A stretch of DNA of 64,000 nt from Styela clava (Eukaryota). Made by a program: the position numbers and the translations under genes. A model generated the notes under the pieces. The model was not told the origin of the DNA. It saw only the letters and a list, made by a program, of their open reading frames with translations, and made no database searches. Below are positions 50,861 through 64,000 of this stretch, one piece after another; within the stretch, counting starts at the first letter, position 1; each line of letters begins with the position of its first letter. Location of the stretch: assembly GCF_964204865.1 (NCBI RefSeq), contig NC_135258.1, positions 9,176,001 to 9,240,000 of the forward strand, written 5' to 3'.

Positions 50861-53800
50861 TTAATATTTGGATACTAAGTACGACTTAACTTGTTTCTGA
50901 AATGATTTTTTGGATTTTAATGACTTCAAATTCAAGGGGAGAGAGTTCCATAGCTTAGGTCCATTATAGCATAGGGCATGCTGGCTCACAGATTTACTCA
51001 TAAACGGTATAAATAAATTGGAATTACTTCTTCGATTGGAGGTGGTTTTGGTTAGAATGTCGTCAAAGCAGTTTGACAATGAGTTGTCATGAAAATCATA
51101 AACTAATGATAATACTTCAAATTTCATTATGTCTTCAACCTTGAGTATATTTAGCGATTTATAGAAATGATGTACGTTTTCACGTTTACTTTTCCTAAAG
51201 ACAATTCTTAAAAAATTATTACAAATGCTTTGCAATTTCGAGACAAGTGTTTTATTACCATGGAGCCAGACTGAGCTACAATATCGGATATGACTTAGTA
51301 GTAGAGATTGAAACATTGCTAGTAAAGCTGATTGATTAACGCACTGGGATACTTTAGCAGCAACTGCCAAGTTCCTTTTTGTTTTACCAATAACATGCAA
51401 CATTTGTGATTTCCATGATAGATTTTCATCAAAGATAACTCCTAGAAATTTTATTTCTTTCACTCTTTCAATTTCATTGTCATTGAGCAGTAGTGGTTTT
51501 GAACAACTCACACTTTTATGCTTGCTTGGGTGGAATAATACAAATTTAGTTTTGTTAGCATTAAGAGATAATTTGTTAACCAACATCCAGCTATGAATGT
51601 TGGTTAGTTCTTGGTTTGCAACTGTGAGTAGATCTTCAAGGTTTTTCCCATGAAGAATCAAGTCAGTGTCATCAGCAAACATGATCGACTCAGAGGATTT
51701 CAGACACCTGGACATGTCATTAATGTAAGCTAGAAAAAATAATGGGCCAAGTAAAGATCCTTGTGGAACTCCGTGCTTCATGACACAAATATTTGTAGAG
51801 AATGAGTTGTCATATTGCACAATTTGTTTCCTGTCTTGCAGGTAGCTCCTGATCCAATTGAATGGGACGCCTCTAATTCCATAGTGATAGAGCTTACTTA
51901 AAAGGATGGAATGGTCAATGGTGTCGAAAGCTTTTGAAATATCAAGAAATATTCCAATTGCATGTTGTTTGCTTTCAAAGGCCTTGGTCAGTTTGTGTAC
52001 CAAAACATTAGCAGCCATAGCAGTGGAGTGATGCTTGCGGAAACCAAATTGATGAGAGTGGAAAACATTGTTAGTTTCAAAGAAGTTTGACATTCTACTA
52101 TACATTATTTTCTCAAGAATCTTAGAAAAGGATGGTAAAAGACTAATAGGTCTATAATTTCCAAGATCTGAAACACTACCCTTTTTAAATAGAGGAAGAA
52201 CTTTAGATGTCTTGAAGCTTTCAATGAATAACCCACTAGATAGTGAAAGATTAAATATATATGTCAGGATGTCAATGATATGTTCTGGAACGTGTTTCAA
52301 TACTTTGAATGGAATACCATCAATTCCAAAACTTGACTTGGGCTTCATTTCGCGTATAATATTTTTTATTTCTAATGATGTAGTTGGCCTTAAAAACATG
52401 GATGAGGATTTTTGCTTTCCAAGATATGAAATGTAATTTTTGTCACAGCCAGCTGGTTGTGGCATACAGTCGAGCAGGGTTTGTGCCACTTGGGAAAAGT
52501 GTTCATTAAATTTATTTGCAATTTGTGTATTACTGCAATCGAGTCCAATCAAAGGACAAGAACCTGTTTTATTTTTACCAATAAGTTCATTAATTGTTTT
52601 CCACACTGCCTTGATGTTACCTTTGTGAGAGGCAAATTTAGATTTGTAATAATTTGATTTCTTTTTGTAGAGCAATCGAGTATAAAGGTTCCTGCATTCA
52701 TTGAACTGTAATTTGTGCTTGTCATTTATGTTTTTATTGTTTATTAATTTCTTATAAAGTTTTTGTTTGACTTTGTTTAGTTTACGTAACTCAGTATCAT
52801 ACCAAGGTTTGTTTGATCTGTTTGTTTGTTTTTTTGTAAGGAAAAGATTGAGAGTAAGCAGTAGAGAATTTTTCAAAAAATTTTTCAAAGCAAGTGTTGG
52901 GATCCTGGATGCTGCTGAAGTCATCAATATCAATAGAATTCAGTTCGTTCATAAAAGTATTCAAGTTGGACGAAGTAAACTGGCGGTAAAGCGTTCCAAT
53001 TCTGTTCTGAATTTGCTTTTCTAGAAGAGAGCATTGTACAATTGGCAGATGATCAGAAACACATTCTGCTAAAACAGCACTATTAACTTTTTTATCATAT
53101 ACGTTTGTCCAAATGTGGTCTATACAGGTAGCAGAACTTGAAGTTATCCTGGTGGGGCAGTTTATCAGAGAATAATAGGCCAGGTTGTGCATAATATCAA
53201 CAAATAGGCTGGTATTCATATTGGACTCATCGATAAGATTATAGTTGAAGTCACCCATTATATAATTATAATTCAACTTGTTCATCTTTGAGAGAACTTG
53301 GGACAAGAGATTCCGAAAGTTAGCATTGTTCAATTCATCAGTTAGTGGTGATCTATAAATAGTACCGCAGGTTATTGTTTTATTTTCCAATAATATGTCA
53401 ATAAATATAGATTCGAAAACCTTTTCACACATTATAGTAATATCCTTGCGGACAATGTATTTCAAATCATTTCGAATGTAGAGACCAACACCACCACCTC
53501 GGTGATGAAATCTACTGTTGGTGATAAAAACATAGCCATCCAATGTATTGAAATGGCCATTTGTACCAGATACAATCCATGTTTCATTTACAGCAATTAC
53601 ATGAGGCTTACAATTCAGTGAATTCACTAGTGCTTCAAATTTTGTGTAGTTTTTGAAAGAGGCTAAAGATCTGATATTGAGTGAAAGAGTCATGAAACCA
53701 CTTAGTTTAAAACTATCATTGAATTTGAGATCATTGACATCACTAGAGCAAATATACTGATTTGAGCTGTTGTACATGAAAACACTGTTTATGTTGTTGA

Positions 53801-54149
53801 ATTCATCATTGTCAGTATTGGCTGACTCAAGAAACATTTGGTTTAGGTATTCAGGATCAAGAATTTTAGTAAGTGCCTGGGCTTCAGCTTTTTCTGAATG
53901 AAGAGAAGTACATGATTCTAATAATTCAGAATCAGAGAGAGAAGAGAATGGTATGCAATCTTTTTCACAAAAGAAACAGCACCAAGGCATATCATCAGCT
54001 TCAGATTGCAGGTTTTCATACTGCTGGTTAGAGATATTGGTGCATTTTAAATGTATCCAATGTGAGCAAATGTTGCAAAAAATAGCTTTCTGATTAGTTC
54101 GGACTGATTTGTGGCAATTTCTACAGGGATATTTTAAATTATGTTTCAT
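50861..54149 (-). CDS. LINE ORF2 (PHD finger + APE endonuclease + RT), one frameshift near 52815-52840
   Basis: PHD CRNC..CNICSHWIHLKC..WCCFFC. APE SLNIRSL, NETW, GDFN, SDHLP. RT YRPISLL, QFGFR, LDISKAFD, GVPQGSLLGP, FADDT. Confidence 0.93.
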
Positions 54150-54383
54150 GGTGGTGGCAAAGTAATGAAATAAAAAAATAAAAAAAGTATAGTGAAGTAA
54201 GACAAAATCTAAAATACAAAGCTTGAATACAAAGTTTCCAGGTGCAGAACTTATGGTTAAATAAGTACTAGCCTAATTAGCATAAGGAAAATAAGGGTGA
54301 AAATAAATTAAGTTAAATTATATTATCAACCCTGTGCTAAAGGCCACCACTATACCAATGAGACCAAGTTGCAAACAGTGTGC

Positions 54384-55079
54384 CTATTTGCTAGGTCCCA
54401 TTGGGCGAGCAGCAGCCCTGGAGTACAGGGGACGAGAGAGAGTAGTGATATCATTTAAACAAGATATAACTCGCCTTCTGTCCAAGTAAGCGTATATAGT
54501 CCCATTCATTGTCGACACCTTATGCTTCCCGAATGCTTCCTTGGCAGCGGCGAGGAGCTTGAGCCTATTCCGGGTCAAGGACTCCGTGATGGACAAACCG
54601 CTGCCTTTTAGATCTTTCTTCCTACCATATATTAAATTTTTTGTCGATCTTCGGACAAATTTAATAATGATGGGGTTCTTCGGGGACTTGGATCGCAATT
54701 TATGGGTTATATCAATATCCGTGTTAACAATAGGCTGGTCAAGATTGAAGTTATTGTTCAGGGTGTTAACAACAAAGTCTTCAAACTTGTAGTACTCAGA
54801 TTCTGGAACAGATTTGCAGCCATGAAGAACAACACAGTTCCTCCGGCTGTACTGTTCCTGATCATCTTGCTGTTTTTCACATAACTCCAGTCTTTTTATA
54901 ATCTCCTCGATCTTAAGTGAGATTTGAGCCACATCATGCTGGAACTTCTTAACAGCTTCAGACTTGCTGCCATGGTCTTCAGTGGCAGACAGTTCATCTG
55001 AGCGTTGCATGAGCGCTTGTTGGTTGGCCTGGAGGGATGTAACAGCAGCCAGAATCTGGTTATGAACTTCGGTATTCAT
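54384..55079 (-). CDS. LINE ORF1 (coiled coil + RRM-type), 231 aa
   Basis: A coiled coil followed by EQYSRRNCVVLHG, DIDITHKL, PIIIKF and LSITESLT motifs typical of CR1/L2-group ORF1. It lies directly upstream of ORF2. Confidence 0.88.
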   Translation of the reverse strand: MNTEVHNQILAAVTSLQANQQALMQRSDELSATEDHGSKSEAVKKFQHDVAQISLKIEEIIKRLELCEKQQDDQEQYSRRNCVVLHGCKSVPESEYYKFEDFVVNTLNNNFNLDQPIVNTDIDITHKLRSKSPKNPIIIKFVRRSTKNLIYGRKKDLKGSGLSITESLTRNRLKLLAAAKEAFGKHKVSTMNGTIYAYLDRRRVISCLNDITTLSRPLYSRAAARPMGPSK

Positions 55080-57493
55080 ATTGATTTTCCGTGGAGTTTC
55101 GAGTTGAACAGGTAATTATTTCAGCAAAATCCAATGTAGTATTATGATTAGAAAGGTATATTCCGTTTGTTGATATAATCGAAGGTAGCAGGCTTTAGTA
55201 CTTAAGTTAACCAAAGATTAAACTATCATCTGCAAACTTAATTATACAGCGAATAATGATACCTTATGAGGGTTGTAGACCGTATAGTTTAGCTCCTGTA
55301 CCTATTATTGTAATTAGGCGACCAGTGGAGATATATTGGATTCTCCCCTTCATTTTAATTTGTTGTGGTATTCTATGATTTGTTTTGTGTGTATACAAAA
55401 TTTTATCCTAGGTTGAGGTTCTGCTGTGAAGTTGATGTGAAGGCCAACATACGAATGGTCAGTGTGGTTTGAGAGTTTCTGCATGGTTTGCGAGGAATTC
55501 ACCCTGTGTCCCAACCATATTTCAACTCTGGTCTTTGAACTAGCGTTTTATAGATAGATAACTAATAATCAATATCTACTCGAAATAATAATTAATTCTA
55601 AACAAAAGTGTAGGGTAGTGCTGTTTCCAAATATGTAACCCTTGAATATCCTACTCGCAGATTTGTTTTCTGTTTTTCAGGTCGTTCTGTGATGATCAAT
55701 ACAATGGCTAGTTTATTGAATATAAATGGTGTCTACAACAACAAAATTCGCAGGCTGATGTCTCATCCACGATAAACTTGAATCTATTACGCCACAATAA
55801 TTAAATGAAGAAATGATCCTGTGAAATAACAATACTAATTCCTTTATTCCTAATTCCTTTATCCTTGCAGAAGTCAATATCTAAGAATGAAAAAAAAAAC
55901 CTTATAACCTTAGCAACCAACATATTCCTATACCCTGTCTTTCTACCTTAATTAATTATAATTACTCATACTTATAAAGTTACTGATAGATTTAAATACT
56001 TATTGCAATCTGGACTACAATTTGGCAATAATAGGCTCTAGTTTGGGCAATGAAGTGGTCTAGCCCACCTCTTCATGCACCCAATTCTGGCAACTTTGGT
56101 TGGGCATTTTGGCATTTGACTCCATCTATAATCAGCTTGACAATATATTTTTTTATAAAAGTTTATCTTTACTGTTCACTCCCATTTATAAAATTGATCA
56201 ATTTGGCAGTGGCAATCATGATAAATTTATAAATATGGTGTGGCAAGTAATTTTTATTTATTTATTTTTTATTAACTACCAGTATGTAATTTTTCATGTT
56301 CCCTTTACTTAATAACTTCTATATGGTTGTGTGTGTGGGTGCGTGTGAGCGTGTGTGAAATATTTCAATTATTTTAGGTGAGTGAACACGTACCACATGT
56401 TCTTGGCAAAACCTTCCATCTTATATACATTCTGTACGTTTTAAACCTTATCTAAGGTTTTGTTCGCTCTCCTGATTTCATAATCAGTTTTTATTTATTT
56501 ATTTTTAGCATTCATTTTATTGTTTTGCTGATTATGGAGTCGAAATAAACTTATACTTATACTTATATATATAGTTTGAAATTTCTAAAGCAATACACAA
56601 ATCCCAAGTGTTCTTCTCTTTAAATATTTAAGAGTCGATACACAGCGACAATGGGGTTATTTTGCACAACTTGCGCTATTACAAATAATTACTAACGTCG
56701 TATTAAGTATTAAAATATTGCAACGTTAGCTATAGCAGTCTTCTCATTTTTTTGCATCGTTGTCCATAGCAAGCATTCTTTTCGCTTCATTGCATCGCTT
56801 TCTAGAGCAGGCAATCTTCTCATTTTGAATGAAAGTAGGTAGATATAAATGGTGCGAGTGAATTAAATTGCAATTATCAGAGGTCGCAAAAGACAGATAA
56901 GAAATAGGTATCCTGTATATCTGCAAAAGATGATAAAAAAGCACCATTACTTACCGTATATCAATATATGTAAATAATAATAAAAATTCTTCGTATCTAA
57001 ATCAGGTTGACAATGTTGCCTTTTAGACCTACTGGGAGTAAGAAGGATTAACTTGACTCTGTGATTTATAGCGTGCTATCAACCAACGCACATAATATAC
57101 AGGTACATTATATACCAACAAGTAATAATATACAAGAAGAAAAACTTGATGTTATCACAAAATGTGGGTAATCTATTAGAATATAGGCCACGGTACATAA
57201 CTGGCCACAGCTATTAAAACTTTGGAAATCTAGTAAATTAAATTAAAATAGTATAAGATTAATTAATACGAACAAGAAGATTTTGGATATTTTAAAATTA
57301 TTTGAATATTAGAATATATGAACATTTCTGAGAACATTTAATTCAGCAGAGTTTTTGTCCATGTTATACTATATATATTTATATATAAATTTGATAGTGT
57401 ATTCTGTTTATAACCTATTGAATATGCTATTTACAGGTGCCAATACACTATTGTAATATACATATTATTGACAATAAATTTTGATTTAACAGC

Positions 57494-60400
57494 ATGGGCC
57501 TCAGTGAACTTCTCATATTTTTGTTTAAATTTTGGTCTTCATTTTTCGTCAGTTTTTGGAGGTGAGTTATTTGTTTTGGTGTTATTTAAATATTTACAAT
57601 GGCAAGTCATAAATGAAAAATACAACAAAGACCTTCTAGAACTTAGCCTTAGATTAAAAGTTGAATATTCAAATAATATTTTCCACTGGGAAGTTATTGG
57701 CTACTATATATAAAGACATTTAAAAACCTTAGTCCAATATACTTTTTGCACTGTAATATACTATATTTAATTGTATATAAAAAGTATTTGCTTTTTAATT
57801 TCTATAGGACTTCAAGGTTATCAATTTTTTTTCACAGATTGTTTTTTCCAGTCCCGCCAAAAGATGTCAGAAATGAACTTGTGCTTGTGACAGGTGCAGG
57901 ACATGGTATGGGAAGAATTGAAGCTGTTGAATTTGCAAAGCGGGGTGCTATCATCATTGTGGGTTATACCATTCGTCGTTGATAAACCATTTGTTTATTC
58001 TTCTACTTTTACAATGTTTGTGCTCGTTTAGTTAATGTTCAACTATATTACGATGTCTATATCTACTATACAAATAACTTTTTAATTTCAGTCAAAGAGA
58101 CATCAGGTATTTGACTTGCAACATGTTGCAAAATGAATCTTAGTATTGAATGCATGAATATAAAGCTTATGAACATTATGAAGATAGGCTACAAATTTAT
58201 ATATATCTTCAAAATATTTCTTCACTGCTTTGAGCAGTACATTCCGAAACCGACGCTCTCAGACAAAATTCCAGCTAGCTCAACCTCGAGTTGCTTAAAA
58301 CCTAGTGGGTTATTCGATGGTCTGACATCATCATAATTTTATGTTTTCGCCCATTGCAGAACATAGCAAGTCCCTGGATGTAATAATTGGACGTGACTAT
58401 GATGACTATGATGACATTGCAAGTTAAAATCTTGGGTTCAAATCCCATTCCCATGACCTCACCTAGGGTGTAACAAAATGGGTAGGCAAAATTCCAGTCC
58501 TTCCAAACTATAATAGCTCTATATAAAGCAGTAACTGCTTGTTCAGAGCGAGAGTCATAATATATCAAAAGTCTCTGCACTGTCTTCTTCACTTAATTAT
58601 TTATTCAATTGAAATGTTGAACTATTTTATCAGGTTGTTGACATAAATGAAGACAATAATGATGAAACTGCAAATCTTATCAGAGAAATGGGAGGCATTG
58701 TTCATGCTTATACTTGCGATGTCAGTAAACAAGAGAATGTCAAAAAGTAATATTGCATATAATGTGATTGGATTTTGTTTCGGAAAATTTAAGTGTTATA
58801 AATATGCATATCAATACTTCAGCTGTAAATCAACAACAACAACTATTATCAATTAAATTTATATTTGATCATGATAAAAACACATTTGTTTTGATTATGA
58901 TAGAAATTGGATACTATGCCAAAAATCCATATTGGTGAAATATTTTATAATCTTACATACTTGATATGACAAAAGTTCTTTGTCACACATCCTTTTTATT
59001 TACTTTATATATGTATTCAAAAAGTTCTGTAAGGACTAATACACTTATTTTCAGTTTGGGTTTAAAATGATTTGTTTGTTATAGGAAAACGCTAACAAAT
59101 TTGAATTTTATAGCTTAGCAGCTGAAATCCGACAAGAAGTAGGTGATGTTTCAATCTTGGTCAATAATGCAGGAGTAATCTATGTTGCTGATATTTCATC
59201 ACTGACTAAGGACAAGATACAAAGAACCTTCGATGTCAATGTTCTAGCACATTTCTGGGTAACACTATTTAATATGTTTTTATCAAACTGTTGCCCTATG
59301 TTTAAGGCTTTGGATTCCCCTTTTATATATCTGAGTATTTATGCGTGAAGCCGCGGTCGCGGGAGGGCCCACAGCGCAAAGGGGCCCAAGCGGTTAGAAT
59401 TTAGAAATTTGTGCCGCAAAACCAAAAGCTGCATTGCAAAACCAGTAATGCACATCTTATAACGTTGATGTTAGTTCTGCTCAAATCGTTTTGTTACGTA
59501 ACAATGTCAGGGAGTCGTCGATTTTTGGTGTTTTGTGGTTTGATCACACTGGCAAAATTACGAAGGCTGTCAGAATGATGTCGAAAGCAAAACCACACGC
59601 AGAAAAAGGGCAGAAGAGGAAGCACCCATGAAAAAAATTAAAGTAACCAAGATAAACAACAAATTTTAGGTTACCATTGCCTTTTAATAGCGACATGTTA
59701 TGCTTTTTGACGAAATAAAAAAGCGTTGTTTTAGCTTATGTTCGAGAGTTTTTAGGGTCATTTTCACGAAATATTTTTGCGGGGAGGCACAAGAGTCTTG
59801 CTACGCCACTGGCCTGAACCATTGTTCAGATGAAAGCTTTCTATCAGAATGTATGTTAATTAAAACAACTTGAGTATACTGGAAATTTGTTCGAAAATGT
59901 TTCGCTTTTATAAAATCAGTATTTTTCATTTTATGCTTTATTAGATAGCTAGTTCCTGAGCGCCAAAGTTTAGTGACTCGATTCCCAACGGATAAGCTTA
60001 AACAACAGTGAAAAGAATATGAGTCACATTGACATAAAACTTCTCCCTTCATGTTGTGACAATATTATTCCAACAAATCTAAAGAAACTAGGATTTAATC
60101 ATGCATTCAACAACATTAACATTGGGTATTATCATTGTCTATTACAAGATACTGCTGCAACAAACTGATTAATTTTCTAATTTTTCAATACAACTCTGAT
60201 AGTTGTGGTAAATAATTTTTTTCTCTATTTTGAAGCCTTGAGCATCCCACTCAAGCGACTAGAGTCATTGAAAAACGTGACTCTCACTCAATTCTCCTCA
60301 GCACTGAAGCCATGCATAGCATGGGGCTTTGCTTGGCCAGAAGGATGTCTTCTCAAAAAGCATAGTTTCTATATATGTAGGTAGTAGTGCTTATTCGAAG

Positions 60401-62744
60401 CCTTGTTAGGAGATTTTGGCAATCTTATACAAATATAACTGGCAATTCATATTTTCATGATGAATATTTTATTGTTCTTAGGCTACACATTCATTTCTTG
60501 CTTCTTATTTTACTGTTTTATTCGCTTTTTTTTACAGCTAATCCAAGAATTTTTACCTGCAATGAAAAGAAAAAATCATGGTCATATTGTTGCTCTGGCA
60601 TCCCAGGCTGGACTTTCTGGAACTCCATATATGACTGATTATTGGTAAGATTGAATTATTTCAATTCTAAAGTCACCGTTGCAGCAGATGTTTCAGATCA
60701 AACAAACATGGCATCTGAGAAATTTTGCAAATCCCTAATGGATGGCACGTTATGCTCAGCCTCACTGACTGGTTACCATACATTAATTGCGCTTGGATAT
60801 AATTCGAAGACAGTAACACACTTTGCAATGTTTGATACGATGTATCCATATTGATATCAGCCATTTTGCCGATATATGCAATTGCATCAGTATTGGCTGA
60901 AATAGATAGATAAATTTTCAATATATTCAGTTCTTTGATTTTGTCTGGAATGTTTTAATTTAAAGTATCAGTATACAAATATTGGCAACTGTTTGCAACA
61001 TTTATTGCAGGGTCATCCAACCTTTTTAGCCAAAGGGCCACATTTAGTTTACGAATGATTGCGCGGGTCACTTGACATGATTGTTATGTTCTAGCTTTCC
61101 ATACACCAACTACAGATTAATGAAAAAACAAACAAAACCCTCACACCAAAATTATAAAAACAATGAAAATACGAAGATACAGTTTACAGATACCTTTTTT
61201 AATGTCGAGTATGACACCGCGTCTATGGACGATGAAATGGACGATGTAGCAATGCATAGTAAATTTTTCATATTACTGATCTCACAGGGGATTTGACATG
61301 ATTCATCCGTGAAAAAACTTTTTTTAATTGAGGTTTCAATAATGGCCCAAGTTTGTGAAAAACAATGGGATTCGTATAATACCACGCGGGCCACTCGGAG
61401 TAAGGTGTACCACTTTAGGCGGGCACATGTGGCCCACCGGCCACAGGTTGGACGACCCTGATTTATTGCCTCACAGTTAGTCAGTTAGTATAGTGACTGA
61501 CTAAAATGAATGAACATATGTATTTCACCAAGTATTGTAGCTGGGGGGTATTGGGGTGGTATCGAAAAAAAGATGATATCGGTATATCTCTAATTTGATA
61601 ATCGCAATTAAAAATTCAAATTCACTTCAAATGTGATAGCTAACTACTGGCATAGAATAATTGACCGAGTACTATTGATTATAATTTGTAGTGCATCAAA
61701 ACATGCAGTTGTTGGACTCTACGAATCTCTTCGCCGAGAATTAAGATGGATGAAATACGATGGGATACATGTAACATATGTCTGTCCACTGTTTGTTGAT
61801 ACTGGATTTGTTAAAAATCCGACAATGAAAGGAATGAGTATACTTGGTCCTGAAGAGGTTGTGGATGCATTAGTGAAAGGAGTTCTGACTAATCAAGCTA
61901 AAGTGGTGCTGCCAAATACTCAAAGATTTTTCCTTTTTGCCAGGTAAGAAGACTGATAAGATGGCTAAATATTATGTTAAATATATTAAGAAGTTGGCCA
62001 GTTCAGTTTGAACCAATGCATGTTAACTACTGTTTACTTTGTGAATAACATGGATAAATAATTTGAGATCGGATTTTTATATTATCCCAGTGCTGTGGGA
62101 AGTCGATAGAACGTCTTAATGGCAAACCTCGGCCCCTTGTCCAGTTACCAGTCCATGTTGTGTTTGGGAATAGTCATCCAGTCATTCGTTCCAGATTCAT
62201 AGACTTCGTTGATCCAATTCATAAATTCTATGCCATATTCATCCCTATTCTGGTATTATATCTGAGCCTATGCTATTCCATCTATACATTTTGTGAAAAT
62301 GTTTTCACACGTTCCTTACATCAGATCAAACAATTAACAGGTCTTACAGGTTCAATAATAGGGTTACATTAACTGGGTGTTCATGATAGTGCAGTGGCCA
62401 AGGTTTAATCACAAATATAACTAGTAGTTTGACAGATAGCTCATCGTTTTCAAAGCAATTAGAATGATTTTATAATCTAGACACCAATGGGAAATGATGA
62501 TTTGCCTAATACCACACCTCATACCTCTATTTAATAACCATGCGAAGCGCTATGGTTCACCATATGATCAAGATATCTCATAAACTTCCCTACATTTGTA
62601 ATGAATACGCTATATTTTCTCCACTTTGTTTACTTTTGTATACAAACCTTTATCAGGTCTATCATGACACATGCTGCTGAAGAAGCATTGTTTGATTTTA
62701 TTGATCCGCAATGCGATAAAGTTGATATGAAGAAGCATACCTAA
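57494..62744 (+). CDS. Short-chain dehydrogenase, SDR16C family (RDH10/SDR16C5/HSD17B11-like), 297 aa. Exons 57494-57561, 57838-57958, 58634-58746, 59114-59258, 60538-60644, 61692-61943, 62657-62744
   Basis: Hydrophobic N-terminus, TGAGHGMG, CDVS, LVNNAG, VNVLAHFW, GHIV..AS.AG, catalytic YCASK and VCPLFVDTG. All phases are consistent. Confidence 0.93.
58390..58595 (+). mobile_element. tRNA-like SINE family B copy
   Basis: aaaatcttgggttcaaatcccattcccat...atagctc..ta..agcagt...agag is homologous to 15215-15392. Confidence 0.5.
59345..59811. mobile_element. Degenerate hAT-like element
   Basis: gggccc subterminal repeats and a right end ttgctacgccactg; the left TIR is decayed. Confidence 0.45.
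61008..61460. mobile_element. hAT MITE in SDR intron 5
   Basis: TIRs cagggtcatccaacct / aggttggacgaccctg with an 8-bp TSD atttattg. Confidence 0.92.
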
Positions 62745-64000
62745 TTTTTTACTTAATTAATATACCTACCTCTAATTTGTGGTGCTGTCATTCATCAATA
62801 ATCTATGCAAAATTTCAATTTTTAATCTAAACATCATGATGCAAATGTAATTTTCAAACTAATTTTTTCATTTCTTGTCTTCATCATATTATGTAAAAGA
62901 GAGATTTGATTTCACAAATAATGTCAACTCAACACTATAAAGCATTTGAAGCAACAGAAACATTTCAATAATAATTGGTTATCATTATTTGTGAGATATA
63001 ACTATCTGCTCAAATTTTATTCGGAAATTTTATTCGGAGACTTCCTTCATTTTCGCGAGGTTTTGTCATTTCAGGTGAAAAATCCTCAAACGTTAAATTT
63101 TGTTTTATGCATTTCATTTACAAATTCAATCAAGAAACGTCACCAATAATACTTACAGCCATGATAGTTTTTGGAAAATAGACAGTTATTCAAATTTTTA
63201 AAATAATTGACTTTTCATGTAATACCCATTGAATAAAATTTGAGTGGTTCAATGTGAATCTATTTCTTATGTATAGCAGGATATTCATACTAATTCTGCG
63301 AAGTTCCATCAGTGGATAAAAGGGAAAAAATGATCTTGATAAGAATAGAATGAAAAGGTTAGTTTACCTGTGCACAGAACACGTTTGAAGCTAAGTATGT
63401 TTACAAAAGTAAATTAGTATGTGCGTGGTTAACAATGCTACAATCATCAAATTCATTAGTACATATGTTATATGGTGTTTCTCCAGTTTGAATACACAAT
63501 TTTACGGCTGAAAAGGTCCATTTCAAAGTATTGACTCACCTAAAAGAAACGTCTTCAACTTACTGCCAAAAAGATTCCTTCAAATCACAATTGAAGAAAA
63601 AAATTTTCTGCAATTACTCTAAATATGTCGTGTTGGTGCTGAGTAGAACGTTGTCTATACATGATTAAATTGTGGTTTCCAAGGAAAATTTTATTGACAG
63701 TCCCAAGTATTACTGTCACTCAAACTTGTTCATCGCATTGCTATGAAATCTACTATGAATCGGACCTCTACTTGCAACAGCAGCGAGGTTTTGAACTTTT
63801 AGCCAACACCACACCATAACCAGACTCCAAAAATTGGGCCACATTGTACCATGAAATTTAATATATGTGTAAAAAGTAATATGATTGGAAGAAGACATTT
63901 TGCTCAGAATGTCAATCGCCAGTAGAAGAGGTTCAAACCAATACTTTAATTTCAAGTAATCAAAGTTACAGAAAAATAAACTTTACAGCATTTAAACAGA

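Larger units (their letters stand above)
50836..56563. mobile_element. CR1/L2-group LINE: 5' UTR, ORF1 and ORF2 on the minus strand, and a 3' UTR/tail on the plus strand (~55880-56563)
   Basis: ORFs are listed separately. The plus-strand end is aaataaac(ttatac)2, and tatatatat flanks both sides (50827-50835 and 56564-56572). That the two parts form one element is inferred. Confidence 0.7.

Noticed and set aside
62095-62590. Opposed SINE fragments in SDR intron 6 as a dsRNA editing substrate
   Set aside because: The overlap is short and too diverged to argue for a stable duplex.
63716-63955. 79-aa minus-strand ORF at the window end
   Set aside because: No recognisable motif or exon structure; it may be UTR of a gene outside the window.

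Overview
AT-rich eukaryotic genomic DNA with short GT-AG introns, most likely an ascidian/tunicate. This is inferred from a connexin with an intron-rich coding region; the species cannot be determined here. Spliced models, built by hand with intron phases checked: two tandem FABP genes (+), an ADAR1-type RNA editase (+, 15 exons, 802 aa: Z-alpha, degenerate second winged helix, one dsRBD, intact deaminase), a 7-exon connexin (-), ATP synthase subunit e (-), an intronless GATAD1 lacking its GATA finger (-), and an RDH10/SDR16C-type dehydrogenase (+). Mobile DNA includes a decayed Gypsy LTR element nested in a hAT MITE, a nearly intact CR1/L2-group LINE, many hAT and Tc1/mariner MITEs, and tRNA-derived SINEs. 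Most notable observations: (1) an unrecognised coiled-coil, tail-anchored ORF inside ADAR1 intron 1 that can splice in frame to ADAR1 exon 1; (2) a Gypsy element whose primer-binding site pairs with its own LTR (Tf1-like self-priming); (3) a LINE with twin-priming-type 5' inversion geometry; (4) a connexin lacking the conserved acidic E1 residues.
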